64,000 nt of DNA from Octopus vulgaris (GCA_951406725.2 OX597817.1:147870001-147934000), one strand, 5' to 3'; numbered from the stretch's first letter, positions 1-11,754 are shown. The notes: a model not told the origin generated them from the sequence alone. Program-made: numbers and translations.

Positions 1-527
1 CAGGAATAGAAATAGAACAAGTCTTTTACGCTCTTCGACAGAAAGATACACAGAAAAGAAACAAGGCGTACATAATAAATCTCTGAACGAGGTATAAACA
101 GTAGCTACATGACATCGTGAAGTATAATTGCGACCTAAATGTGGCTAACCACTAAGGGTGGATGCTACTGCAGCTTTTGCCCCAGGAAGACATCTCTTCC
201 TGCTGGCTATTAACACACTTTCTGTGCTCTGTCAGTATTTGAAAAGGGAAGTCATTCTCCCCATCTTCAGCCTGACGTGATACACATGGACCCATGTCTC
301 TGAATATTGACTCCTCGTATCTTTAGATTAATCCACCGTTCATTCTTCTACTCTCCCTTATTATTTTAGTTCCTCCTGCTTTTTACTCTCTATGATTCTC
401 CACATGATTCTCTCTCTTTTCCTCTTCCTCACTTTCATTTACTCCAGGCATTCTATTTAAAATGCCTTATCTTTATATACTCACACATGGCAATGGCAAG
501 TGGTTCTCAATGCAAATATATATATAC

Positions 528-570
528 TTTTTCCAGTGACGAAATGTCACTGATCTCGAAAAAGTGGAAA
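528..570 (+). ncRNA. Degenerate minimal type I hammerhead-like motif (probable old Penelope-like pLTR remnant)
   Basis: TTTCCA-GTGACGA-aatgtcactgatctc-GAAA-aag-TGGAAA. Stem I TTTCCA/TGGAAA brackets a mutated core (C3G) and GAAA. It is followed by AATAATAAA and (TA)n. Confidence 0.35.
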
Positions 571-640
571 CAAGCAATAATAAATCTCTCTATATATATA
601 TACGTGAGTATGTGCGTCTTTATTGCATTATCTTGCACTC

Positions 641-721
<81 letters not shown>

Positions 722-862
722 TATATATATATATATATAAATATTGTTATATTTCGGAATGGTCATATTGCCAGTTTAGCCAATAAAAACACACGCACTA
801 TATATTTGGTGTTATTTTGCTTCAGTGATATTTAATTTTTACATTAATCTTAATCTTATTTC

Positions 863-907
863 GGCCAAAGTTCTTTCGTCACACTCCTGTGACCGCATCA
901 GTGGTCC
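863..907 (-). ncRNA. Minimal type I hammerhead ribozyme-like motif (inverted pLTR copy)
   Basis: Exact reverse complement of 2757-2801. Confidence 0.7.
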
Positions 908-1228
908 TTTGTTTTCTTCTCACTTATTTGTGTCTCTCCTTACTAACCGTCAGCCATTTTTATTGCATGTCTTCATTTGCGCATGCTTATATCTCTATGT
1001 GCGTCTTTGTTTATTTAGTGTGTGTGTGTGGGGGGATGCCTGTAATATTTGTATCTTCTGTTTATATACATTCTTGTAATTCGTATTTTGTTTTTGTTGT
1101 TGTTGCTTTTGTTCTAATTTTGTTCATGTGTTTACATCCACCCATTATTATCATTACATATGCTTGTATGTATGTATAACAACAATATTAGTAATAATAA
1201 TAATAATAAATCTAATCGAAAAAAAAAC

Positions 1229-1276
<48 letters not shown>

Positions 1277-1442
1277 ATATATATACACATATACATACAT
1301 AGATATATATACATATATATAGTTATTCATTTCTATCTGTTTATTTATCTGTGTATTTATTATGTTTTCAGGATCCTCTATCGTCATATGTTGTGGTGTG
1401 TGCTATTGCTCCATTCTAGTTTTCTATTCAGGCTAGGTTTAT

Positions 1443-2417
1443 AGACTACCAGTACTAGACACTGAACTCTGGCTAGAAATTGTGAAAAATAAAACCCAAA
1501 TCCTTCATTCATACTATGCAAAACCTATGGCCTCAAAATACCTGATCCACCGGAACTCAGCCATTGCGGGCAATGCCAAATTCAATATTTTGATGGCAGA
1601 CCTCGTCAGAATAATGAGAAATGTGTCACGCATGTGCGAGCCTACAGAATTAAAGAGACACATACAGTATTTCATTCACCGCATGCAGTTCTCAGGTTAC
1701 AGCCATAAAGAAAGGATCAGAGTATACAAAGGAGCCATGAAGAAATTTGATAATATATTATGTAATGATAGGAATGGGATTTGCCCAATCTATAGGAACA
1801 AGTCATGGAACACTATAGAAAGGACAAAAAAGAAAATAGGGAAGGCCAACTCTTGGTATGATAGCCATAAATACCAGAGTGTCATGTTCGTTGACACCAC
1901 CCCTGGAGGTGAACTGGCGTACCGCTTTAGAAGGACCCTAGATAAACTTAAACTAAGAATTAAGGTTGTTGAAAAGCCAGGCAACCCTATCAGATCTATA
2001 ATTGGTAGAACCTATCCTTTTAGTAGAACCCTCTGTACGGATAACTATTGCACTGTATGTAGATTTAGCCCACAAACAAACTGTAAAGCCAGAAATGTAG
2101 TCTATAGTATAAGATGTATAGAGGGACGATGCGGTAACAAGACAGTAACATACGTAGGGGAAACAGCAAGAAGCATTGTAGAGCGGGTGAATGAACATTG
2201 GAGACAACTCAAGGAAGGTAAAAGCTCATCGATTCTGTACCAACACGCCGAACAGGCACACGGGGATCAATCAATAACATAGAGATTAAGATATTGTCCA
2301 CACATAGAACAGATGCAACAATTAGACAAATTACAGAAGCTACACATATAATAGAAAATAAACCTAGCCTGAATAGAAAACTAGAATGGAGCAATAGCAC
2401 ACACCACAACATATGAC
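1443..2417 (+). pseudogene. Penelope-like ORF C-terminal half: last RT motif, thumb, Cys-rich linker and GIY-YIG endonuclease, with one in-frame TAG
   Basis: Frame reads RLPVLDTELW (RT motif 7), YYAKPM, LVRIMRN, FSGY, TPGGEL, CxxxxCxxC, then NVVYSIRC...YVGETARSIVERVNEH. After TAG at 2280-2282 it continues in frame as EIKIL...RQITEATHIIENKPSLN, carrying the conserved E and N. The RT core is absent. Confidence 0.9.
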
Positions 2418-2756
2418 GATAGAGGATGTATATATATGTATTTTTTTTTCGATTAGATTTATTATTATTATTACTAATATTGTTGTTATACATACATACA
2501 AGCATATGTAATGATAATAATGGGTGGATGTAAACACATGAACAAAATTAGAACAAAAGCAACAACAACAAAAACAAAATACGAATTACAAGAATGTATA
2601 TAAACAGAAGATACAAATATTACAGGCATCCCCCACACACACACACTAAATAAACATAGACGCACATAGAGATATAAGCATGCGCAAATGAAGACATGCA
2701 ATAAAAATGGCTGACAGTTAGTAAGGAGAGACACAAATAAGTGAGAAGAAAACAAA

Positions 2757-2801
2757 GGACCACTGATGCGGTCACAGGAGTGTGACGAAAGAACTTTGGC
2801 C
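2757..2801 (+). ncRNA. Minimal type I hammerhead ribozyme-like motif in Penelope pLTR (A9C core variant)
   Basis: GGACCA-CUGAUGC-G-GUCAC(aggagu)GUGAC-GAA-AG(aa)CU-U-UGGCC. Stem I GG(A)CCA/UGGCC, perfect 5-bp stem II, GAAA and a very short stem III. It lies in the 3' pLTR, where PLE hammerheads are known to sit. Confidence 0.72.
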
Positions 2802-2976
2802 GAAATAAGATTAAGATTAATGTAAAAAATAAATATCACTGAAGCAAAATAACACCAAATATATAGTGCGTGTGTTGTTATTGGCTAAACTGGCAATATG
2901 ACCATTCCGAAATATAACAATATCTGTTTCAACACACGACTTCACATAAAAAGTCTTGCACAACAAATATTTAAAC

Positions 2977-3031
<55 letters not shown>

Positions 3032-3416
3032 ATGTATTTATGTATGTATGTATGCTGTGTATATATTCAAGTACAACACGTCGGGGATCCCTAAATGTTC
3101 AATCATGATGCTAGAAAAAGCAGTCAAATGTTCTTGAAATTACGCGCTGCAGTTTTGAAATGAGAGTGACATGTTAGATAATGCAGTATCTGATCCTTGG
3201 TACACATGAGACAAACTGGGCTACTTAAAGCTGGCGCTTCTTTTTTGATTACCCATTTCTCTCTGGACAAACCTATTTAGTAAATAACATACGACAAACA
3301 AATAACTCAACAACAACAATAACAACAACTACAACAACAGGAATAAAAGTAACATGTAAGCATGTGCGAGTGCGTATCCATCCATTAGAAAACAGAACCA
3401 TACATGCAAGTGCGAG

Positions 3417-3626
3417 AATGACAACGATGTCGATGATGATGTTGATGATGACGATGATGATGATGATGATGACGACGACGACAACGACGATGATGATGAT
3501 GATGATGTTGATGATGACGATAATGATGTTGATGATGACGATGATGTTAATGATGAGGTTGTTAATGATGATAATGATGACGACGATGATGATGACGATG
3601 ATGATGATGACGATGATGATGATGAC

Positions 3627-3658
<32 letters not shown>

Positions 3659-3910
3659 CGACGACGACGACGACGATGATGATGATGATGATGTTGATGA
3701 TGACGATAATGATGTTGATGATGACGATGATGTTAATGATGAGGTTGTTAATGATGATAATGATGACGACGATGATGATGATGATGATGATGATGACGAC
3801 GATGATGATGTTGATGATGACGATGATGATGATGATGATGTTGATGGTGACGATGATGATGACGACGACGACGATGATGACGATGATGATGATGATGACG
3901 ATGATGTTGG

Positions 3911-3946
<36 letters not shown>

Positions 3947-3966
3947 CGACGACGACGACGACGACA
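3417..3966. repeat. Compound (GAT/GAC)n microsatellite with internal 186-bp duplication
   Basis: Trinucleotide array. The diagnostic variant GAGGTTGTTAATG occurs at 3555 and 3741. Confidence 0.95.
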
Positions 3967-4671
3967 AAGTGCAGTTATACGGAATCGTATGGGTCTGTGC
4001 GTGTTAAACTCTCATACATTACAAACGCCTACCCGGATATAAACGAGAACTTAATGGCTAAATTTTGTAACAAGAAGTCACTACGAATCCTTACAAATGG
4101 CGGCAGGCGAAGTGTTTATAGGAAAACACAGCGTAATACCGAAATCCAAGAAGGCATAGCTACTTATATTTCTGTATCTCTGAGTTAAATTATTATAAAG
4201 TTAGTAAATTATGCATGATAGGAATACCAACCGTTTGTTTTTATTTATTTGACTTCATTCTTCACTGCTTGCCATATTAATCCTTCGCTTCTGAAATAAT
4301 AACATTAATTTCTTCAGTAAAACTTTAACTGTAGATTAATATTTGAACGGTTTTATCGACTCTCGTCTTCCTTTTTTTCTTCTCTCTTTCTCTTTAAATG
4401 AATTATTGGAGCATTAGAAAATGTCATGGCGGCTGTTTAAATTATACAGTTTTATGTATTTTTTTTCTCTTCATCTTTACATAAAGTTAGTAGTGTTTCT
4501 ATCGGACCCACACAAACACCCCCTCCACACCCACCCACACACACACACCATCACTCTCTACAAAGACTGCTGTTCCAACATATATGGCCATGGCGACGGT
4601 GACAACGATTCCCACCGCTCTTACCATCGCACCATTCCTATCACCGTTGACATTGCCGTTATTTTCGAATA

Positions 4672-4704
4672 ATCACCACCACCACCACCACCACCACCAC
4701 CACC

Positions 4705-4736
<32 letters not shown>

Positions 4737-5135
4737 CAACAACACAAATGACACTAGCAGTAATATCACGACGACGACCAACACTACCGCCGCCGCCGCC
4801 GCCACCGCCACTATCAGCACCACTGCCATCTCAACAACCAGATCGATAGCAATAACAACAGCAAAGGTTCTATTAACATCGTCATCACCAATAACAGGAT
4901 GACCACTATCACTATCACCAACATAACATCCAGTACCAGCACCACCAGCACCACCACCATCACCGCCACCAGTACGAACATCAACAACAGCATTACCACC
5001 GCTGCTGTCACTGCCACCGCCACTGCCACCACCACCGCCACCACCACAACAAACACCACCTCGATGACTACGACGACGCCCTCTTCCCCACGATGATGAC
5101 TACCACGGCTACCACTGTGACTACCAACTCTAGCA
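4672..5135. repeat. Degenerate (CAC/CAA/CGC)n trinucleotide region
   Basis: Pure (CAC)n(CAA)n at 4672-4745 decaying into a cryptic triplet repeat. Confidence 0.85.
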
Positions 5136-5330
5136 ACAACGGCGACAAATTCAATAAGAAAGCTGTAAGAACATTGCCATAACATGACGACCTCCATCAG
5201 TATTAATGATGGTATATATATATTAATCAGCCGAAATTGCGGGAATGATACGGTTCTTGACTGAAGATTAAAGGCTTCGAATGACCCGTCCGTGTTATCG
5301 TCTTCTGGATGTTTTGCGTTTGTCCCATTT

Positions 5331-5370
<40 letters not shown>

Positions 5371-5444
5371 AAATAAAAGGCAGGAGACGGGAGATTTTCC
5401 ACACCTATAATTCTGTTATACATTTATTTAAAGCATTATTCGTT

Positions 5445-5531
5445 GGACGTACGGGCATTTCAGATGCATCAACTGCACACTGTTATGCGTGTATCTTGGT
5501 GCTAATTGTCGATGCAGCTTCTTCTGGGTCC
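5445..5531 (-). ncRNA. Degenerate hammerhead-like motif with long stem II
   Basis: Minus strand: GGAC-CCAGAAGA-A-GCTGCATCGAC...GTTGATGCATC-T-GAAA-tgcccg-TA-c-GTCC. It sits within a ~170-bp unit bounded by (TA)n. Confidence 0.45.
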
Positions 5532-5629
5532 GTTGTATATATATATATATATATATATATGAATTTTTTGCGTAATGATATAAAAAAAAACCAAGGCTGT
5601 ATAGATATTAGAACATTTATAGATAGAAG

Positions 5630-5684
5630 GTCTTACAGCTGTTTCTAGAATATTAATTAGTAATAAAATCCCTTCATCGGAGAC
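5630..5684 (-). ncRNA. Minimal type I hammerhead-like motif (Penelope type)
   Basis: Minus strand: GTCT-CCGATGA-A-GGGA...TTCTA-GAAAC-AGCT-GTA-AGAC. Stem I GTCT/AGAC, palindromic AGCT loop III, GUA cleavage triplet and U4C core variant. Confidence 0.65.
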
Positions 5685-5739
5685 GGTGTGAGAGGAAAAG
5701 TTATGTCATAGCTTTATATATATATATATATATATATGG

Positions 5740-5957
5740 CTGTGTGTGTCTCTGTTCGTCCTCCATCATCACTTGGCAACCGGTGTTGGATTGTTTACAT
5801 TCCCGTGACCTAGGGTTACGGCAAAAGAAATTGACACAATAACTACGAGGCTTCTAATAAAAAATAAGCACTAATGTCGGTTCGTTCGACTTACATTCTT
5901 CAAGATGGTGGCCCAGCATGGCCGCAATCAATGAACGAAACAAGCGAAAGCTAAAAG
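5740..5957 (+). mobile_element. SINE family D, 3' part, diverged
   Basis: Reverse-complement similarity to 53172-53370 (…ccagcatggccgca…). Confidence 0.6.
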
Positions 5958-6929
5958 ATCACGAAGCTCCTGTAGATACTCCTACCGAAACACTATTTGT
6001 CTTTACGACAGATCTGTTGTTCTTTCGTAATTTATACTCACAACTGAAACTTACGGTATCGTTGTGTCAATATCTACTTTCTTGACATTTGATCATTATT
6101 TTTAGAACAAATTAAAGCGAACAACCGAATAACATAAAATATAAATGTAATTTGAACATGATAATTTTAATTCAGCTTGTTTTTGAAATCTATTTCTTAA
6201 GAATTACTATGTTTTTTTTTTTACAGCAGACATACATTTCAAAGTTTTTTTTATAAAAACAAATTCGATTTCAAACAGTTTATTTGATCATTTAAAACCT
6301 AATTACTAATTCACATATTTATTTTAAATGATATAATCATTTATTCAAAATTAATAAAATTCAAATGAAAGAAACAAAAATAGAATTACAAAAAAAATAA
6401 TAATAAATAAACAAACATTTTAAACTATTCGACATTTTAATGAAATTCTTTCAAATTAACATCAACAGACTTATGATGCATAAGTCAAATCTAATGAATA
6501 TTTACAAGCACGTATTCTTTTTATAGTACAAACCTAATAATATAATTTGAGGAGTAAGAAAAACCCCCAAATATCCAGATAACTGAGAAAAATTCTACAA
6601 AAAATTGTAACATTATTCCTCCTTAGTTTTCATTTTTCCATTCCTTACTACACCACTTCTTTAAATTTCTTCCAGCATCTTTGAAATGTCTGATGGCATC
6701 ATTATTATTTTATTCGCACGTATTGTGGCAGTTTGTATGCTAAAATTGGACCGAAACAAAGAACAATTATATACACCCAGCGCAAGGATGGTACGTAAAT
6801 TCGTGAAGCCATCCATCTTTGATAAAATGTGGTGGCTTAGTCTCTAGCCGACATCATCAAAATAAGGTCTGCATCTATATCCAGAAGGACAAAAAGACAC
6901 TGTAGTCACCGTCGATCGGGATGTTGTTT

Positions 6930-7430
6930 TGTGACCCCCTTCGGTCATGAATGACCATGGGACTGCACCTATAAAGTTATCCCTCCGAGGCACAAGACTT
7001 GGCAAGGTTGTTTATGGAAGACCAGCAGTCGCCCACGTATACCAGCCTCCCCTCTCCACGCCGCCGATGTTATCCTAAGGAAAGGCAAGGGCCGATACAG
7101 CTTGGCACCAGTGATGTCGCAGCTCATTTATTAACGTGCAAGTGGCTGAGCACTCCACAGACACGTGTACCCATAACATAGTTCTCGGGGAGGTTCAGCG
7201 TGACACAGTGTATGACAAGGCTGGCCCTTTGAAATACAGGTATAACAGAAACAGGAAGAAAGAGTGAGAGAATGCTGTGGTGGAAGAGTACAGCAGGGTT
7301 CACCACCACCCCTTGCCGAACCCTCGTGGAGCTTTAGATGTTTTCACTCAATAAACACTCACAATACCCGGTCTGGGAATCGAAACCGCGATCCTACGAC
7401 CGCGAGTTCGCTGCCCTAACCACTGGGCAA
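6930..7430 (-). mobile_element. tRNA-derived SINE (head B + tail X, 7128-7430) abutting another repeat tail (6930-7127)
   Basis: tRNA-like head on minus strand (gcccagtggttagggcagcg…ggtttcgattcccagacc, A and B boxes). Body matches 57180-57530. Confidence 0.8.
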
Positions 7431-7544
7431 TCAATCAGGATACTCCATTGTCAATCAGGATAATGTTCTAAAGAATGATATAACCAGTCGGAAATCGACG
7501 AAAAGTGGGTGTATAGGTACACGGTAGAAGTTCCTTCTCGAGTT

Positions 7545-7750
7545 ATTTAGATTCATAGGGCCGGTTTTCCCGTCTCCATGGCATTTATATTCCCCACCTC
7601 AACGAGACACCGGTCTGTTGCAGGGTTAGTCATTTTTGTCAGCTGAAGAGTATTGCTCAAAGACACAACGCCTCGCCCGTTCCAGGAATCGAAAACACAA
7701 TCTTACGATCATGAAACCAGTACCTTGATCGCTAAGCCACACTCCTCCAC
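7545..7750 (-). mobile_element. tRNA-derived SINE (head C + tail Y)
   Basis: Head resembles 58624-58720. Tail (catagggccggttttccc…ccccacct…ccggtc) is shared with 30380-30470. Confidence 0.65.
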
Positions 7751-8419
7751 ATGGGTAAAAAGTGAGCCAAAAATATAGTCGTTGCATGAGATTGGTTCAT
7801 CACAGCCGCATCGAAGAGATATCAGTCACTCAAATGTGACGGTGTTGATGCTCGTTGACAGTTGTTCTTTCATGATCATTACGTCGCTTTATTTGGATAT
7901 TCTGGTGGGTTTGGGGGAGGAAGAGATAGAAAGGGAGGGAGAGAGAGCGCGAGAGAGTGAGACACAGGGAGAGAGAGAAAGGAGGTAGTGAGGGGGTGGG
8001 AGAGAAATGTTAAAAAAGAGACTTAAGATATGAAAAATGAAAGCTTAAACAAAACCCGAATGCTGTACCTGGATCATGCATCTGGACACCCGAAAATTAT
8101 TAGTTATTTTCGGCAATCTGCTCTTTTAAGCCAAGCAGCCCCACTCCCCCTGCGCAACCTTTTTCCTTTTCGTAAAGGTAGAATTCACCAAAACAGATCT
8201 CTGCTTTCAAATTATAGATGATCTCCAAAAAAATTTACTACGAGAACTGCGGATTATCTCAGAAATTATGTTCCAGGATACATTCTAAAACCAAGAAAAA
8301 TGTTGAGAGTGGTGGATTAAGAATAGGAGTTCTTTAGTTGGAGACACGTTAAATTATATCTTAAGGCAATAGATTGTCTTTGTCTTCAGTTTATTCTTTC
8401 ACTCTTTTATTCATTTATT

Positions 8420-8703
8420 TCTTTCATTTGACTGCGGCCATGCTAGTGTACTACTTCTAGTCGACCAAATCGCTAAACATTTTGCCCGGCTTGCTAACGA
8501 ATGCGCCAGCTTGCCTTGTATGTATGTATGTATTATGTATGTATGTATGCATATATGCTTTGTAAACCTAGTACTTATTCTATCGGTCTCTTTTGCCGAA
8601 CCTCTAAGTTACAGAGAGTTAAAAACACCAGCATCGGGTGTGAAGCGATGGCGGGGCGATAAACACAGACACACAAAACACACACAAACACACGCACACA
8701 CAC

Positions 8704-8774
<71 letters not shown>

Positions 8775-8971
8775 TATGAGTGTATATGACGGGCTTCTTT
8801 CAGTTTCCGTCTCCCAAATCAACTTACAAGGCTTTGATCGGCCCGAAACTATAGTAGAACACATGTGTCCAAGTTGCCACGCAATTGAACTGGACCCAGA
8901 AACATGTGGGTTCTGTTCCACTGCGTGGACCTTGGAAAAGTACCTTCTACTATAGCCTCGGGCCGACCAAA
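8420..8971 (-). mobile_element. SINE family D with internal (CA/TA)n and an inverted head segment
   Basis: Colinear with 53172-53619. 8908-8971 is an inverted copy of 8832-8898. Confidence 0.75.
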
Positions 8972-9233
8972 ATCGGTGACTTTTTTAACAGACCTCATAT
9001 TAATACAGGCACACTAGCGCCAATAACCCAGAATCGTTATCACGCCGACCAAACGGCTTAGCGGCAGTTCGTCCATCTTTACTTTCTGATTTCGAGCACT
9101 GGGGCCAATATAATGGACTTACTCCCTCCCTTGAAATTCCTGGCCTTGTGCGAAAAGTTGAAACCAATAAATGCATGTGCGCGCACATTCAGTCTCACAC
9201 ACGCAAACACAAACATTCATACACGCACATTCA

Positions 9234-9275
<42 letters not shown>

Positions 9276-10377
9276 TATTTGTGTGTGTGTCTGCACGCGT
9301 GTGTGTGTGTTTTTCTTTAGTCAAGCTTCAAGCATCTTAAATTCAACATGAAAGGGAATTTATGGCGATTATGCGTTTTCTAAACGCCGTTATGTTATAA
9401 AAAAAATAATACATTCAACCAGGAATCGTAACCAAAATTGAATTGCTGCCTCTATCAATCGAGAGTTGCCTTTCGTCTTTGTGTATTGGCAATATACTGT
9501 AATCACTTATTACATCACATATGAACAGAACAAGCATCATTCCAATATCGAAACAAGAATACTGTCTCCATTCACTTGGATCTAACTTAGTTTCGTTACA
9601 GCATTTGTATTGATACATTATTGATTTCTAACAGTAGTGTGGTCCCGAAATTGTGGCAAAGGTTTAGTATAGTCGATTATATCGACACAGCTATTTGATT
9701 GATACTTTATTTTATCGACCTCGGAAAGATGAAAGGCAAAGTGGAATTGAACGCAAAACGGAAAATGACATAACTAAATATCTTAAGATATTTGTCTGAG
9801 GGTTTAATATTTCTACCAATCCTCAGCTTTTGTATATCGTAGAGTGGCATGCCTATATGATTATCGTAGATTTTCGGAAGAATAATTTTCCTATAACATT
9901 GATTATAAGTAAAATCCTCAGAGTCGAAAGTTGAAATTACAGACTCTGTAAGAGGGTTATGGAAGCTTTGTAGTAATCCAAAATTTCACTGAATGTAATT
10001 GACATTGGATTTTTTTGCTGCATAGTCACAAAATTGTGTAAATAATATATTTCCCATACAAATAACCAATTCTGGCTCCCGTGCTATGATAAATTTTTAA
10101 AATATTGACCTATTATCGGCGCTAAGCCTCATGTGTATGTGTAGCAATAAAAATATGGTTATGGAAACCCCTGTACAGTGAACTGACTTTTACTTTATAT
10201 ATCCTGGAAAGAATAAAGGCCAAATCCACTTCGGCTAGATTCGAAAGAGTGACACATCGAGGCCTTATATACTGCAGTTACTCATTCGCCCGATACAACT
10301 AATTCTGCCCATGTACTGCGCCTTTTCAGTATTCCCCTGATTCAGCTACGTATAAATCGTTTTATGTTACATATATT

Positions 10378-10575
10378 GCTTTAAATTTTGGTATGAGGCC
10401 AGCAAGTTAGCGGAAGGGAGTAACTTGATTACAGAAACCCCAGTGCTCAAGCGATAATTATTTTATTGACCCCGAAAGAAGAAAAGGCAAAGTCAATATT
10501 GATGGAATTTGAACTTAGAAATGAAAGACGGGAGAAATACCGCTAAACATTTTGCCCATCGTGCTAACGATTCTG
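10378..10575 (-). mobile_element. tRNA-derived SINE family A (tail C), diverged
   Basis: Contains the ttgaccccgaaag…aaggcaaagtc…ggaatttgaact…gaaataccgctaa core. Confidence 0.75.
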
Positions 10576-10589
10576 TATGTATGCCTTCC

Positions 10590-11015
10590 ATTTTTTAATT
10601 ATTAGAAATTTTCCACAAAGGAGGGAGTCGGCTTTCAACATTGATACAAAGCTATGGGATGTAGTTAACACAGACAAATTCACATTTGGAACATCAGAAA
10701 AGTCTTGCATATGTTTACTGTTCCACTCATAGATTGCACTTGTAATGTACGAATTAGCCAGACAATTTCTCTTTCTGAAAATCCCAGTTTATCCAGATTC
10801 TCTTTTAAGCATTTACTAAGAAACCCTAGTGATCCAATCATTATTGGAATGAGTACGAATTCATAGACTGGATATAAAAGCTGGAGGTTTCGAAGCAGTT
10901 GTTCATAGGTATCCTCTTTTTCTTTGATTTTCAATGGGATATTTATATTTGCAGGGCAGCTGACCTCTATCACGGCACACACCGTTGCCCATCGGTCCTA
11001 AACAACAATATCCGG
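10590..11015 (-). mobile_element. 3' end of RLE (R4/Dong-like) non-LTR retrotransposon
   Basis: RPDIVV*DR..VCAVIEVSCP…KEKEDTYEQL…IPIMIGSLG gives the PD..(D/E)..K..Y..L restriction-like endonuclease pattern. Flanked by TATG repeats. Confidence 0.85.
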
Positions 11016-11032
11016 TCTGTTTTACATTTTAC

Positions 11033-11066
<34 letters not shown>

Positions 11067-11184
11067 TGTATGTATGTATGTATGTATGCATGTATGTATG
11101 TATGTATGCATGCATGTATGTATGCATGCATGTATGTATGTGTGTATGTATGTGTGTGTATGTATGTATGAACGTATGCATGTC

Positions 11185-11550
11185 GTTATTTAGTTTTATT
11201 TCAAGATTTCATGCCAATAGAGAAAGAACCGCTTTCTAACCTACATGCAAGGATCCTTCATTAGAATTTCAGCATGGGATGTGAAGATATGTATGTATGT
11301 GTGAGTGTGTATATTATGTATGTTTTATGTACGTATTCTCATGCATATCTAGACAAGCTCATATAGATTTAAATGATAAACTTCTGGAAAGTTTTACAGA
11401 TTTCTATAGTTCCAATGATGGTTTAGATCTGCAGTCGTTAAATCAGCTTTCTCCTTTCTGGTTTTGGGAAGAATAATTTCTCAAGATTGATATTCAGGCA
11501 GTTCTTACGTATCGCAGTGTCCCAATAATTACAGGTATAAACCTAAACTG
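11185..11550 (-). mobile_element. 3' end of RLE non-LTR retrotransposon (same family as 56903-57175)
   Basis: Reverse-complement match to 56950-57175, plus a 3' UTR ending …cttgaaataaaactaaataa into (CATA)n. Confidence 0.8.
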
Positions 11551-11675
11551 TTTGTATGTATGTATATATGTATGTGTCTGTCTGTTTAAACTCGCAAAGA
11601 TCCTGGTCCTGATTCTAATAAATTCTATGTATATAGATAGGCGTTTTTTACCTCAGTATGGAAAATATATATTCA

Positions 11676-11754
<79 letters not shown>

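Larger units (their letters stand above)
741..2980 (+). mobile_element. 5'-truncated Penelope-like retroelement (Naiad-like) with inverted pseudo-LTR, inserted in (TA)n
   Basis: 741-1442 is the near-identical reverse complement of 2359-2923. The arms enclose an RT-thumb + GIY-YIG ORF. A ~57-nt tail (2924-2980) follows, and (TA)n tracts flank both sides. Confidence 0.92.

Noticed and set aside
487-1444. YI/HT/CV-repeat ORFs here and throughout the window
   Set aside because: Translations of (TA)n, (CA)n and (TACA)n tracts.
2280-2282. In-frame stop in the Penelope-like ORF as possible selenocysteine recoding
   Set aside because: The codon is TAG, not TGA, and does not fall at a Cys position. 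It is more likely a nonsense mutation.
741-2923. Interpretation as a DNA transposon with long TIRs or as a homing-endonuclease cassette
   Set aside because: The ORF begins with an RT motif and thumb, the inverted arm overlaps the ORF end, and a 3' tail and hammerhead are present. All of this fits a truncated Penelope-like retroelement.
3329-4188. Poly-Ser and poly-Met ORFs
   Set aside because: Artefacts of the (GAT)n microsatellite.
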